Below the pieces are notes generated by a model. That model was not told the DNA's origin and searched no databases. It saw only the letters and a list, made by a program, of their open reading frames with translations. The translations under genes were made by a program, and so were the position numbers. Positions 51,438 through 64,000 of a DNA stretch of 64,000 bases are shown piece by piece (the first letter of the stretch is position 1; every line of letters starts with the position of its first letter). Source of the stretch: Paraspadella gotoi (taxonomy: Eukaryota; Animalia; Chaetognatha); the NCBI GenBank assembly GCA_051294375.1, contig CM119264.1:9112764-9176763 (forward strand), in the 5' to 3' direction.

Positions 51438-53770
51438 ATCTCTCATTATCTCTCTCTTTCTCTCTCTATGCTGTGAGCTGTTTTTCTAAATCTGTATTTT
51501 GTGTCTCCTCGCTTCTTCATTTTTTTTCTAACTACCGGTACTAACTATAATTTAAGGTCAATTGATGATTTTTTCTGACCCTTCCTTTTTATTTTTTTCA
51601 CATTTTTTCAATAATAATATTCTAAACTTCATTCGTTGTTCCTGTCTTGCTTGCCATATAAGTTTTAAAAAAATTACAAACGAAGAGCCCTGTCGTATTC
51701 AAGGGTATAAAGATAATAAAAGATAAATTAAAAGGCAAAATTGAACAGCAATAAAATAAATTACGTTCAATGTATATTAATTAATATTTTTTGCTTAAGG
51801 AAACCATTTATTTTCTACCTCAATGTTAGTAATTTAAAAATTTAAAAAATTTAAAATCTTAAAAATTACTCAGAGAAAAATGAAAAAAGGCTTTTTCACG
51901 GCCTTTTCTCTTTAGTTGAGAAACTCCTCGACTTGAGTCCTTACCATCAAAATAAGACGCGTTTATCAGTTCAGCTGAACTTTGACGTCGTTTTCCTTTC
52001 CTTTCTTCTCTCCGCGAGTTAGCGAGAGGTTTTGCTCTCCTTTTTTTATCATTTTTAATTCGAGAATTTTTTTCCTTATATTTGCTTTTTTTGTTATGTT
52101 TTTATATATATATATATAAATATTTTAAATTAACGTATTTTTAAATTAAACATTTAGCAGGAATGATTTCTGTGCATAAGAAAATTTAGTGCAGTTATAA
52201 AAAACCCAAAAAAACCAACCAACTCATTTAGAGAAAATTAAGCTGCAGGGAATATTGGAAATTAAAACGTTTAAATATTATAATCCTAAAGGCTAAAACG
52301 GAGGAACGGCAAATAAAAAGAAGATTAGCTTGACGCTGGACCGACGACTATACTACTCTGACGACGGACGACGACATTATTTTTGTCACGCGAGAAAGTA
52401 ACGAGCCGATCGCGACGCGAGACGAATTGCCCTTCGCAACACCAGAAGCCGGCAAAAGAGAAAAATGTTATGCCTGTTTGCCCTATGTATGCTTCCACAG
52501 TGACCTACGGCGGACACCCGATGGCGACCGCCGCTTAGGCTTATAATTTTTAAAAGCAAACGTCGGCTTTCTTCATTTTCCTAATCACCATTCACGATCT
52601 TTAAATTTTGCATCCGCCGAAAAAAAAACGACCAAAAACCACAAAGAACACAAACCAACAAAAAGCGACGCGCGAGCTATTTTTTCACCTGATTCTTCAC
52701 TCTGTGTCGCGTTTATGATTAACGATAACTCTTAGTGTGAAGCTGATTAACATACTTACTCTTGAGAATTCAAAAGCCGGAAAAGAATGTTAAATGATGT
52801 TAAATATGTTTTTTTTGTTTGTGGATGGAGACGAACGAAGCACGACGACGAACGACGACGACTCGAGTTTGGAAGCGATGACGATTGCACGCATCTTCGG
52901 CGACGGGTCGTCTTTCTTTCCTACTCGGGAAATCAAAAGAAACAGCGGGGGAAACGAAAATGGGGAAAGGAAGGAAAAAAGCAAAGAAGGAGTTTTTTTT
53001 TTTTTTTTTAAGAAAGAAGAATATAAAAACAGAAAAAAGAAAAAAATAATGAAAGATAAAGGAAAAATAACAATAACTAAAGTAGAAAGCGAAATTTGGA
53101 TGGTAAAGGAATCTGGCTGGAGAGAACGGAGAGACGGAGAGCGGATAGAGAGAAGAAACGAGGCTACATTTGGAATCAATTGTCTGTGAGAAACGAAAGC
53201 CGATTTCTTGTCTTTCGGTTGATCGGGTAGTCTTTTCTAACTATTAATAACTATTGCGAAGTAGGCGAAAAACTGTATTTTAATTATACTGGTGTCCACG
53301 AAAAGTGAGAGCGCGAAATCTTGGAATACAACCGAGGTCGAGCTATCAATTTCAGAATTTAACAGAATAAAAGACGACGACTTGCTGACTTCACTGGCTA
53401 CTGAATCCTTTTTGACCTTTTTTAAGACAAAAGAACACTCTTAACTTTAACGAATGATTGCGATTGATGTGAACCTTGGGGATGAATTTAAAGATGGATA
53501 AAGATGTGGAAAGAAATAAAAAAAAGTATGAGTCCTGAGATGAATGTAGCCAAAAAGGAAAGAAGAGATAGAGACGATTATGACAGTAAAATTTGAAAAG
53601 GAGTAGAGATGAATTAGCAATGAGAGAGACAGAGAAAAAATGGAAAAAGAGGAAGTGGAAAAAACAGAAGGAGGAAGCAAAAGGAGAGGAAATGGAAAGG
53701 AGGAGAAAAGCGAACGGAAAGATTTCTCGCTGCAGAAATAAAACCGGTGATTCGCGGTTAAGCGATGGGC

Positions 53771-53846
<76 letters not shown>

Positions 53847-54057
53847 TGAGAGAAAGCTTTTATGCGATTCCGAAAACCAAGGAGACCCGAACTCAAGGTC
53901 CGTGTAAATGAGGAGTAAATTATTTTCCAGCACGTAAAAAAAAGGGAAGAAACAAACGAATTAAACGAAGCAAATGGTAGTTTTAGATGCAAATGTGAGC
54001 AGTTTTTGTATCTCTCTCTCCTCTCTCTCTCCATCTCTCTCTCTCTCTCTCTCTATT

Positions 54058-54096
<39 letters not shown>

Positions 54097-55037
54097 CTCT
54101 CTCTCTCAAATATTTCACTAAAACACACGGCGATACGCTATGTAAAATTATTCTCTTATTTTGACGTTGTTCGGTTTTCTTGTGAACAATCCAATCCGTA
54201 GCGCAGAAAACCAACTGACATTTTCGAGGAAAAACAAACGTAAAATTTTTTCGCTTTGCACTGGAAACGATTTTTCGTTGAAACATCTTCGGTTTGGATT
54301 CCATCGTTTATTTTTCTCACGACTCTCGCGACCGTCCTCCCTTGCTCATCCACCTCCCCACACTTCCCCTTCCCCCCCCCTTAGCCCCGACACCCTAAAA
54401 AAAATCGATTGGGTGAGCCAAAAGAAGGTCCGCCGGAAGTCTTTGTTGCCTGAAGCGTTGGCCATCCGAGGATTGATCGATTCGGATATATTTCGATCTC
54501 TCCGGCCAAACAGAACCCGTACCCTCTTATTGTATTCTGCCTTCAATTAGATTCTCGCGCTTCCATCCCTTCGTTCGTCTTTTTTTTCCCCCTTTTTTCT
54601 TTTATTGTTTTGTTTGGACTTTTGTTGTTTGTTTTATCTTTTTTTATTTGCTTTTCGTTTAAAGCCTTCCAGGCGAACAGCGCCATTTTGGCTGGAGCGA
54701 ATTGGAATTGATCTTTCGTTTGTATGATTTTTGTAATTTACTGCATTTTTGAATTTTGTATCTTACCCAAAGATCCCTTCATTAACTCGACGACTAATTA
54801 AATTTTATCATAATCCCGTTTTCTCTATATAGATTAACGTCTTCGAGGAAAACGAAAAATCATTAATCCTCGATCGCAAATGTCTCATTTATCGTTGAAG
54901 AGAAGCGCGGTTAGTTTTTTTAAATGAGTTTTTTTTAGGCGGTGAGATGAAAGATTTATTGCGCAGAGTAAGAACTTAGTGAATTCGTGTTTATGACATC
55001 GGGATAAAAAAATAAGAGATGAGGGAAGCAAATATAC
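46228..55037 (+). repeat. Indel-rich tandem duplicate of ~37440-46172 (probable assembly artefact)
   Basis: Colinear from aacgcagtacgata to gaagcaaatatact; ends near the 25-N gap at 55213-55237. Confidence 0.85.
50424..50650 (-). mobile_element. Indel-corrupted duplicate of SINE/twister copy 3
   Basis: Same sequence and flanks as 41756-41971 with scattered single-base insertions; lies inside the 8.8-kb duplication. Confidence 0.6.
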
Positions 55038-55090
55038 TGTGAAAGAATTTACGGCTCTTGTGTCACCAATGAGAGAGAGAGAGAGAAGAG

Positions 55091-55156
<66 letters not shown>

Positions 55157-55266
55157 AGCGTAGAGGTTGCTTAAATGTCAGCACAAGAGCGGGGCGGAGA
55201 AAAAAAGAAAAGNNNNNNNNNNNNNNNNNNNNNNNNNGTGAAAGAATTTACGGCTCTTGTGTCACC

Positions 55267-55301
<35 letters not shown>

Positions 55302-57112
55302 ATAGAAGAGAGAGAGAGAGAGATGAGAGAGAGAGGAGAGACGAAGATGTATTCCGAATGCAAGCGTCGAGGAGGAGAGGAGGAGAGAGAGAGAGAGGCG
55401 GTTGAGAGAGATACGTTAAACATAAGTGAGTATTACGTGTTTTTTTGCTCTAAATCGATAATATAAAATATGCCTCTCGTCATAAAATTTTATAAAATAT
55501 GTTATTCTATCATAGCATATACACAATATCAATTAGCAACACTCTGGATTCCTCTCTCTCGTCAGTCTCATCATGACACATAAAAGTCTATCTACTCTCT
55601 CTTCTCTCCCATTCAACTTACGGTGTTACTACATTGACTCTCAGACACAATTACATAAAGTGGACTTCGCGTTAATACGGCCAATTGGGGGAGCCAAAAA
55701 TAAGGAATCTTTTCGTTAGGACCTTTTATCAAGGAGGTAAGAACAGTATTGCAAGCTTGCGATACTCGCATTTGAACCCGGCTTAGTGTTATTAGCACAT
55801 AATATACTCTTTTTGGTATGCTCTTAATCATGTACCATTCGTTTTTACACCGGTTTTTGTCTGTCTGTTTTACCTTGCTTATTACATTGGTACCATTTAC
55901 AAGCAAACGAACAATTTTGTTGGTATTATCCATATTTTAATTCAGAAACAGGGATGGAGAAGTCAGATCTCTTGTTTTCTGATCACCTCCTACTGCAGGA
56001 AAAAAATTTTGTGCTAATTGGGTAATTTTATCGTTACGTAATTTCTTTAACAGTATTTTGCAAAACAAACAGTGGTAAAGTATCATAAAGAATCACTAAG
56101 AATACTTTCTACGTAGAGCAGTGATAACGCGTTCTGCATGCGACCGATACACAGACAAATCTTTTTTCGGTTATACAAGGATTGTTTCAAGTTATATGTA
56201 TTAACGTTGACTAAATAGCGTCAAACAGTGCCGTATAACTTTTTGGTATTACTACCAAACTAGCTCCTATCCGACTAAATTTCCCTGAAGACTCTCCTCG
56301 GATCACAGATTCGCATAACTGTGTTTAACTCAGGTTTAAACTGGACTGTTCAATTATTAAATTGATAACTTATTTATCTCTCTATCTCCTTAAATATATT
56401 TTTCCCTCATTATCATTATCCCTTTAATTTTATATTATCAAGATCGAATAATAGCGTTTCATTTCCCATTTATAAAACTACCAAGAAGAAACTTCAATTA
56501 AGGAAGTATCCCTTGCATCTGAAAGGTCCGGATCCGTTTGTGGATTGCAACTCTGCGCTGGGCCCGACTTCTCGCGATCTCTTCTTCACATCGATGCGCA
56601 TTGAGTTACTTTTCGCAAGAACATCACGTCTTTATTCACTCCGTGACTAGACCAACGACGCCCAGCCCTATCTTTTTCGGCCAGTCTCTCATTTTCCTTC
56701 TAATAGAGCACATTAAAACCGATTATAATACATCCCTGAGCAGTAGTCAGTAATAAATTGTATTTCGCCGAATACGCTACTCAACGAACATTCCCGAGTT
56801 TCTAGGGCTACAGAGGGAAATATCGACCCGTAGAGTCTTACTGGTGGTGTTACGCGAGTAACCGAGCGAGCCTTACCGGCTTGGCCACTGCGCCCTTGCT
56901 CCACGCTTTTGAATTTTAAATTGTTATTTTTTTTCTTTGTGAGATACTTCATAATTAAAATAAAAAATCTAAAATAATAATAATTATGAATAATAAAAAC
57001 AACACAACGGAGAGGTGCCATGTTCGAATAAGAGAGGCTCTTCTAGACTAATAAGTATTATACTAGAATGACGAAGGGTATTAGAGACTTTGCCAAAGAA
57101 AGGAAAATATTA

Positions 57113-57188
57113 TGCTCCGAAAACCCGGATTGAACCAGGGACCTTTAGATCTCAGTCTATCGCTCTTCCAAAACTGAGCTATTTCGGC
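57113..57188 (-). tRNA. tRNA-Phe (GAA type) with indels; sequencing errors or pseudogene
   Basis: Reverse complement GCCGAAATAGCTCAGTTTTGGAAGAGCGATAGACTGAGATCTAAAGGTCCCTGGTTCAATCCGGGTTTTCGGAGCA closely matches the canonical animal tRNA-Phe; the anticodon loop is one A short. Confidence 0.8.
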
Positions 57189-58299
57189 TGATTACGGAAA
57201 CAATAGAATTGATTGAAAGATATAGATATATATCATCTCCTAAGTAATCCAATTTCAGTCTCAGTTTCATTACAGAAACGCTGATGCCTTTATGCTCTTT
57301 AAAAAAAGACAGGGATTGCAAAACGATTCCACAAAATCACCTGTAAAAAGACCAAACAAAACCATATCTTAAAATACCCTTGTCGAAAAATAATTAAAAA
57401 TCACAACCAAAAAATCTTCAAAACACGTTTTGTATGAATTACGTCATCGGTGTCAACAAATTATTGTTCCCCGGCAAAAAAGTCTTATCTGATTGTCGTC
57501 GAGATTCAATAGGATTCCATTCGGTTCCATTCGATTCCAGTCCGAACTGCGTCCTTACCCTGCAAGCCTTAATGTCCTTAATGCCCTACCATCGGCTTCT
57601 ATCCGTCGTAACCCTTAGGCTACTTATGGCCTGATCCCCCTTTTTTTTTTCGCCCCAACCACCCCTCCCCCATACCTCATTTTTCCTCTCCTCTCCCGTA
57701 CTTTTCCGTCGCGACCCAATCGTCACGAGACAGTAGAGTCCCAAAGTTCGATTCCCGGTTTCAAACTTGCGTTGACGAGTGGAAAAATTTCTCGAAAGTC
57801 GTTTGAAACGTGAAAATCACTTTTTCTGCAAATTCGCTTAGAATTCAGCCATTGGCCAGTGAATTAGGAAAGGCCGAACATTATTTAAATTAACTGCTTT
57901 CATGAATAATCTTTTCTCTCTCTCTCTCTCTCTCTCGTCTCTCTCTCTTTCTCTCATTCTCTCTCTCTCTCTCTCTCTCTCAGTCCCTACATACCTTCGC
58001 CTCGGTTCAAGCCTCGCTCCCCCCTTCTCCTTTTCTCCCTTCCTCTATCTCTATCCCCCTTCATTTCTCTTCACATCGACTCCCCACAGTCCAAAGTTCA
58101 AGTTTCCTCTTCCTTCTTATCACTCCTCCTATTAACCCTTCGGAGATACCGTTCCGCGGCCATCGATTTGTTTTCGAAGTCACAATCGGATAGGCGGTCG
58201 TTTGCTACGTCACAAGTAGAGGGAAGAGAACGGGCGCAAATCTTATTCAATATCACTTTGCTATGTAGTATAAGAGCCATGACCCAAAACAACTGCGAT

Positions 58300-61200
58300 C
58301 TCGAAATCTCACTCTCAGGATAATCTCGCGATTATGAGGACAGAACATCTACCATTCACATCGCGACTACACCACACAGAGATTAAAAGAAATCATTACA
58401 GAACCTCTGATACTTACGACGAAGAGAATCAGTGTCTTCGTGTGCAATACGGATCACAGCTAACCACAGATACGCACAACGTGAGCTCGGCCTTGCTAGC
58501 TTCTAGGCCTTTCGACGCGGCGTCCTTTGGCAGTTCCGTGCTGCGTTGCCGGTCTTCGAGGATTTCACGAGACGTCAATCGCTGTCTACAAGTCGGAGAA
58601 GGATCTCGACCGCGTCGTTCCTCTCCTTCGCTCAGGCGGAATGGCAGAGAGCTCTTGCAGTGTGGTGAGCATACGCAGCACCTTTTCTACCAGACCAAGA
58701 TTGCATTACCGCTAAACCAGAATCGGACGACCTCCTCCCGGAGGTCTGCACGCTGGAGGTGTACGAATCAGGCAATGCTGTGGTCGGGCAGGGATGAGGT
58801 CTCAACTGCGCTTCACTATATACTCGACAACAGCTGTTGTTCTCGTGTAGGGACATCTAGGTGGTTCGAATATTCGGTGGCCGTTTAGAGTGTACGCCAT
58901 CTCCAAATTTCTCGTAAGACTGTGACGCGAAGCTGAACTGCGACATGTTCTCGCAGATCTGTCCCTCACACAAAGCTACTGCAGTTCGGCGCTCTCCGCA
59001 TCCTCGGCCGCTGTCCCCGCTCGGCTCTTGCGGACCAGCACGGGGCAGTAGGCCTACGTCGTTACTCATCACATGTCTCGATCAGAGGTGTCGGCTGACG
59101 AGCTTCAAGGAGCTCTCTCATTCATACCTCCTTGGCGCAGGTATCTTACACTCCAGGAGGGTTCATGACGGCCCTAGACGGTCGCTCGGGCTAGGCGACA
59201 CAGTCGCTTCAATCTCTGCGGCATATCTCCGCGCGCGCACGATCCCACTTCACGAGGTTTTCCTCCACCTTCAGTCACTGAGCTTCAGGATCCTACAACT
59301 GTGCGGTCTCACCTCCAGCATACGTGATGCTTTGTCGCTGAGCTCTCCCGTGTCATGCGTCTGTCTCCCAAATTTTTTTCGCCTGGAAGGCGACGCTGAG
59401 GCGGAGGGGATAGACGCCTTGCGCACGCTGGTTTGCTTCTGTGAACCATTGGCCTCCGTCTCTAATTCCTGTACCTACCACTCTTCTGTGACGGTCGTAC
59501 TCGCTCGCTCGCACACTCCTCGCAACGGTGTGACGTGGCTGCAAGGAGGGCCATCTAATTTCTCTCTCCTCGTTGCAACTCACCCACAACGTTATTTCGC
59601 GTCCGGCTCATTTACCTGTAGTCGTGAGTCTACAGTATAGGCCCACACGCTCTTCTCTCTCTGAGATTCGTTCGCTCGGGATACGCAGAACTTAGTCTTT
59701 TCCCTCGTTACGTCTGTGCCTGTAAGGTAAGTCTCTCCATCGTCGTCAGAACTTTTTCCGTAGTCCGGACCCATATCGACCTCCGCAAGCTGAGAATACG
59801 CCCTTCAGGCCGTCTTCGTTTTCTCGCTGCATAGTTGTTTATTATATATTATAGGCTCAAGGTGTTTAGATTCGAGTCTCCTCCACACAGTCAATCTCTG
59901 TCTTGAACATCTCGAACGACTCCTTTCTCCGTCACGTCAGACGTGGCTGTGTGTAAGCGGCTCTCTACCCAGAAGATAGCACTCATTACGTCCTACGAAT
60001 ATGCTTGCAAGCTCTGTCGCGTACATTTCCTTCAAGTGCGTTCGCGATGATTGGTTTCAGTTCTGCAATGCTCTGCTCTGGAGGTGATGTTCTTACGTAT
60101 TCTCGTCACTATTTCTGTGCGAGAAGGGCCTCTCTGATACTAGTCACGATTCAAACTTCACAGAAGATATCGTCACATCTCTGGCTACTCTTTACCCCCT
60201 TGACGGTGAGCGCCAGAGTTGTAGATTGAGTATCCTTCTGCTCTTTTGGTGTTCCGGTAGCCTCATGCAGGGCGTATGTTTTGAAGAGAACGCCGTCCTC
60301 GTCATTGATCGGACTTTATCCCCTACGATGAATGCAAGGGGAACCTCCAGAGGTATATTCGACAATCCTACTGTACGAACTCTCGGCGCCATTTTCCTTT
60401 TTCGGCGCCTGAGGGTCTCGTACTCAGCGGTATCTCGCCTCGATACCTGTGGTGCTTCGGCATACTCTCAGGCAGATCAAAGCTCGAGAATCGAGTCAGG
60501 CGAATCGCTACTCTTTGCGGTCCGCGCGACAACGCGCGAGAGGCTATCCTCTTTCCACTCTTAGTCCGCGTCAGTACTCATCGATTTCTCCTTCCTTCAG
60601 TGGTCCTGCACATCGGACGTCTGCCTCGTCAGAACAGAAGCGCGCAGCCGGGCCTCGTGACATGTAAGAGGTAACACTCCGGGTCGCTTCCCGTCTCGAT
60701 TACGCTTGACTGCGCTTCTTTAGAATAATCTGCTCATTTGCCAGGTATTCTTAGGCGTGGCGGACCTTCGCACAGGCAATCATAGCGTCTTCCTCCTCTT
60801 GTGCTCTCTCGTGGAATTGGCCGACCCGCTCGACGCCTTTTCTCTACTGTGCGCCTCTCCGCGAGCTCCTTTACGTCATTTCTGCGCGCGAGCGTCTTCG
60901 GCTCACTTCTCAAGGAGTGGCTCCTCGATCACGGTCGGCACGTTGTAGCAGCGTCCGATGGTCCGTGCGCCGGCTATAATCTAGTCTCGCGCGGTCTCGA
61001 GACGAGGTCGTCTGCCGCCGGCGAAGCTGGATGACTTGTGGCGTAATCCTTCGACGGCGGGACGCATATGGGATTTCATGGCGCCGCACGCGAGCCTCTG
61101 CTATCCAGCTAATGCTAGCGTGCTTCAGGGAACGATCGTTGGCGGCAGAGCCCACGTGTGGTCTCCGGACACTCAGTGGCTATGACCACGGTGTACGGAC

Positions 61201-61450
61201 TCTCAGTGCTCGAGCCACCGGGTACTGGCAAGGCGAGGAGGCCGGCCTTCGACGCACTTGGGTCCGGGGCCTCACCCGAGTCTTGTCCGAAGCCCGGTCA
61301 ACGTCGATGGACCGAGGCCTTAGTGCCCTAGGATTATCTCTATTCTGTGTTTCACATCTATCGAATCCATATCTCATGTGTTCGTTTTTTCATAAACTCT
61401 GACTACGCGCGGAGTGCTACTCGCGCTAGCCACGACGAACAACAGAAGCG
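58300..61450 (-). other. GC-enriched, high-complexity island; possibly an error-disrupted coding region or TE
   Basis: Sharp composition shift and no microsatellites, but only short broken ORFs and no recognisable motif; strand is a guess from GAG/GAA richness on minus. Confidence 0.25.
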
Positions 61451-64000
61451 CATTTCGTGCCGCAGGCAGACCGAAAGGTCATCAGACCATATCGGGATCG
61501 ATTAGTATACATCGAAAGGCGAATTACAACTCTTGTGTGGCTACCTCTATCGTCGTATACTATTGTGTTGTACAAGAATCCTGACTATACGTTCTCTCCA
61601 ACCGAGAACCAGAAGAATCAACCTCATAAATATAGTGATGGGCGTTATTGTCAAAAATGCTATCGCGACGAGCAGTCGAGATCAAGTTAGTTTGAATAAG
61701 ATCCTCGAATATATAACAGTAATGTCGTATAGTTTTAAAAATGCGCGATAATTACTCAACTTATCGTTGATAGAAATCTTATATTGAAATGTAAAACTTA
61801 CCAATAGGGTGCCGGGGTTCAATTACGTTTAGTCTGTATAGAAGGCTCGTACTTTTATGGTAAGAATGCAAGGAGAATGTTATATTTCATATATCGATTA
61901 ACAAAGATTCGAAGGTTATCGTTCAATGACTTTTATCGTAGATGCTAGGATATCAACAAATATACAATTATTCCTGCTCAATAATGCATCACGGAAAATT
62001 ATGGTTTCAATTCCACGACTCCTATATAATAGAATGGTAATCTATTAAAAACTTGTGTTGTATGTATGTGGATTCTTGATCGCAAGCCATAACATGACTT
62101 TATATAGTAATTATGAGCATATAAATCAGACATCTCTCAAGAATGTGTTATTTATTGTATCTTTTTTGGTCAAATAATAACGGAATAATAGCTCATTAGA
62201 CAGATCGGATAAGCATGATTGAGAATGGATGAGATTAAATGAAGTTATAAATATGTATTTTCGATATATTTTTTTAATCAAGCATCTTTGAAGATCACAA
62301 AAGTGCTCTCGCAGGAAGAGGCAAAAGAATTATACTCTCTCTATGACAATTAGCATACTGTGTGGGGGGTGATATACAAACACCTTTCTTAACATTAAAC
62401 TTCTCTAGCCTTTCCTTCGTTGAACAGTTAAAAATACTCACCAATACAATTGCTCACTATCCTTGCTACTCATATTCTCACATCTACTCTTTGCTCCTAT
62501 TTCCTATCTTGGTTTATACCATTGCTCACATTTATACAAATTGATTCGTTGTAGTATGCGTGTAATACATGTTACTATAGACTCTGTACTACGCACAATC
62601 CGTGCCTCACTGAACGTATACGACGCTGGCCCGCCCTACCTATCGATGAATCTGTGATAGCCATTCGAAGCCGTGTTGAGACCTTCGGAGAACTATACCT
62701 ATATTGATATCACTGCTCCGTCCTGCTAACGTCCAGCTGACTTCGGACGAGAACCGCGATGAGATTCCAACAATGTTTCATGGTGTCAGCTCATTTATGC
62801 CGTCACTTGCTCTGTCATAGTCATTTCGTGATGCATTGTGATTTGTCTCGATATCTCTCTTTCTCGAAGGGGCTAGTGGTCAGTCAGTGTATATCAAGTT
62901 TTATTTTTATATCGTTAGCGTTCTCTCATATTCTAAAAATAATCTACTATACAGCACCAGGCTCTCGAGAGATGTCTGGACACATCTTTGGAATACTAAC
63001 AATTATTTTCTTTTGTTACCAGATAGCAAGCTGTTAATGACTAGTAGTCTAATAAGATGTTTAATTAAATTTATATTTCTCTCACTGGGTAGAATTAGTC
63101 TATTATCAAAATATCGGGACAAGTGAAATTTTGAGGACCAATGCAGCAAATGAAAAGATAAAGAATTTGGAAAAGAAAAATTATCGTATGGGTTTATATT
63201 GATTTTTCAATGAGATAATAATAGATAACTATTGTATCAATAATTCCTAGAGGCCATTCTAGTCGACTCAGTGATTACATTTAAGTCTCTCTCGACCAGG
63301 TGCTCTGCTTCGATTATCTATACTCACTTCGACCTGCACCTTACATTTTGTAATAGGACCTCCAATATCGTCCCTAATCATCCATCACTCAACCACAGTC
63401 AAATAACTCTCGACGATGCTCTCTATAGCATGTTACTCCTGTTGTCCTATCCACCATTCTCACGCTAATCGTGCATGGTAGCTTGCCCGTGGAATGATTA
63501 TGTCCTTGTCATTCTGGCGTTCTGTGTGATTCCGTCCTCCATCGCCTCCTTCTGCCTCAGTCGGCTCCGATCCGTCTCTTGACGAGCCGGACGACTTTTG
63601 GTACGCCGGCAGCTCACGCGAAGTCGCGAGTGCACGGACTGAATAACTGCTCTACATGACGCTCCGACGTCTAGTCCTTGTCACGATTCGGACAACACAA
63701 ATCGGAAAAAAATGGCTGATACAAAGGAGACTTGGCCGCTCATTAGTGGTACGGTTATGTGCGCAGGGTGTTCTAGTCGCGTCGAGGTGGTGGCTGATCG
63801 GATGGGAGGAAGGGAATTAAGAAACGAGCAGATACGACTAATCATTAGTAGATTGATTGAAAAATAACTTAAAATAATTTATGGATAGTTAAGTTATTAA
63901 GTTAGGTTATCAATTAGTATCGATTAATTATCAAGCAGACACTTCGTGGTTTATAAGATCACTCTCGCTAAGAAATTTGTACGTTATTATTATTATTGAA

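Noticed and set aside
57735-57766. gttcgattcccggtttc B-box/T-arm-like motif
   Set aside because: There is no A box or cloverleaf upstream, and the region is error-prone.

Overview
AT-rich eukaryotic (probably invertebrate animal) genomic DNA, dense in (GA)n/(CT)n and (GAC)n microsatellites. Most ORFs in the track are low-complexity artefacts. I assembled one real multi-exon gene by hand on the minus strand (18365->7572, 11 phase-consistent exons, >=571 aa). It has a Pro/Gly/Gln/Met-rich repetitive N-terminus and three C-terminal LIM domains (zyxin/LPP-like layout), and the model requires a GC-AG intron. The most interesting signal is a ~215-bp dispersed element: a tRNA-like Pol III A/B-box head, then a circularly permuted (type-P5) twister ribozyme, then a conserved hairpin. 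It occurs as a head-to-tail dimer at 19.5-20.0 kb and a solo copy at 41.8 kb (plus an artefactual duplicate), with compensatory changes across copies in P2, pseudoknot T1 and the 3' hairpin. Also present: two families of non-autonomous Helentron/HINE-like elements, a ~625-bp foldback element, minisatellites and an error-bearing tRNA-Phe. Much of 31-64 kb looks like long-read gap-fill sequence: two indel-rich tandem duplications (~5 kb and ~8.8 kb), 25-N gaps, and a noisy tail.
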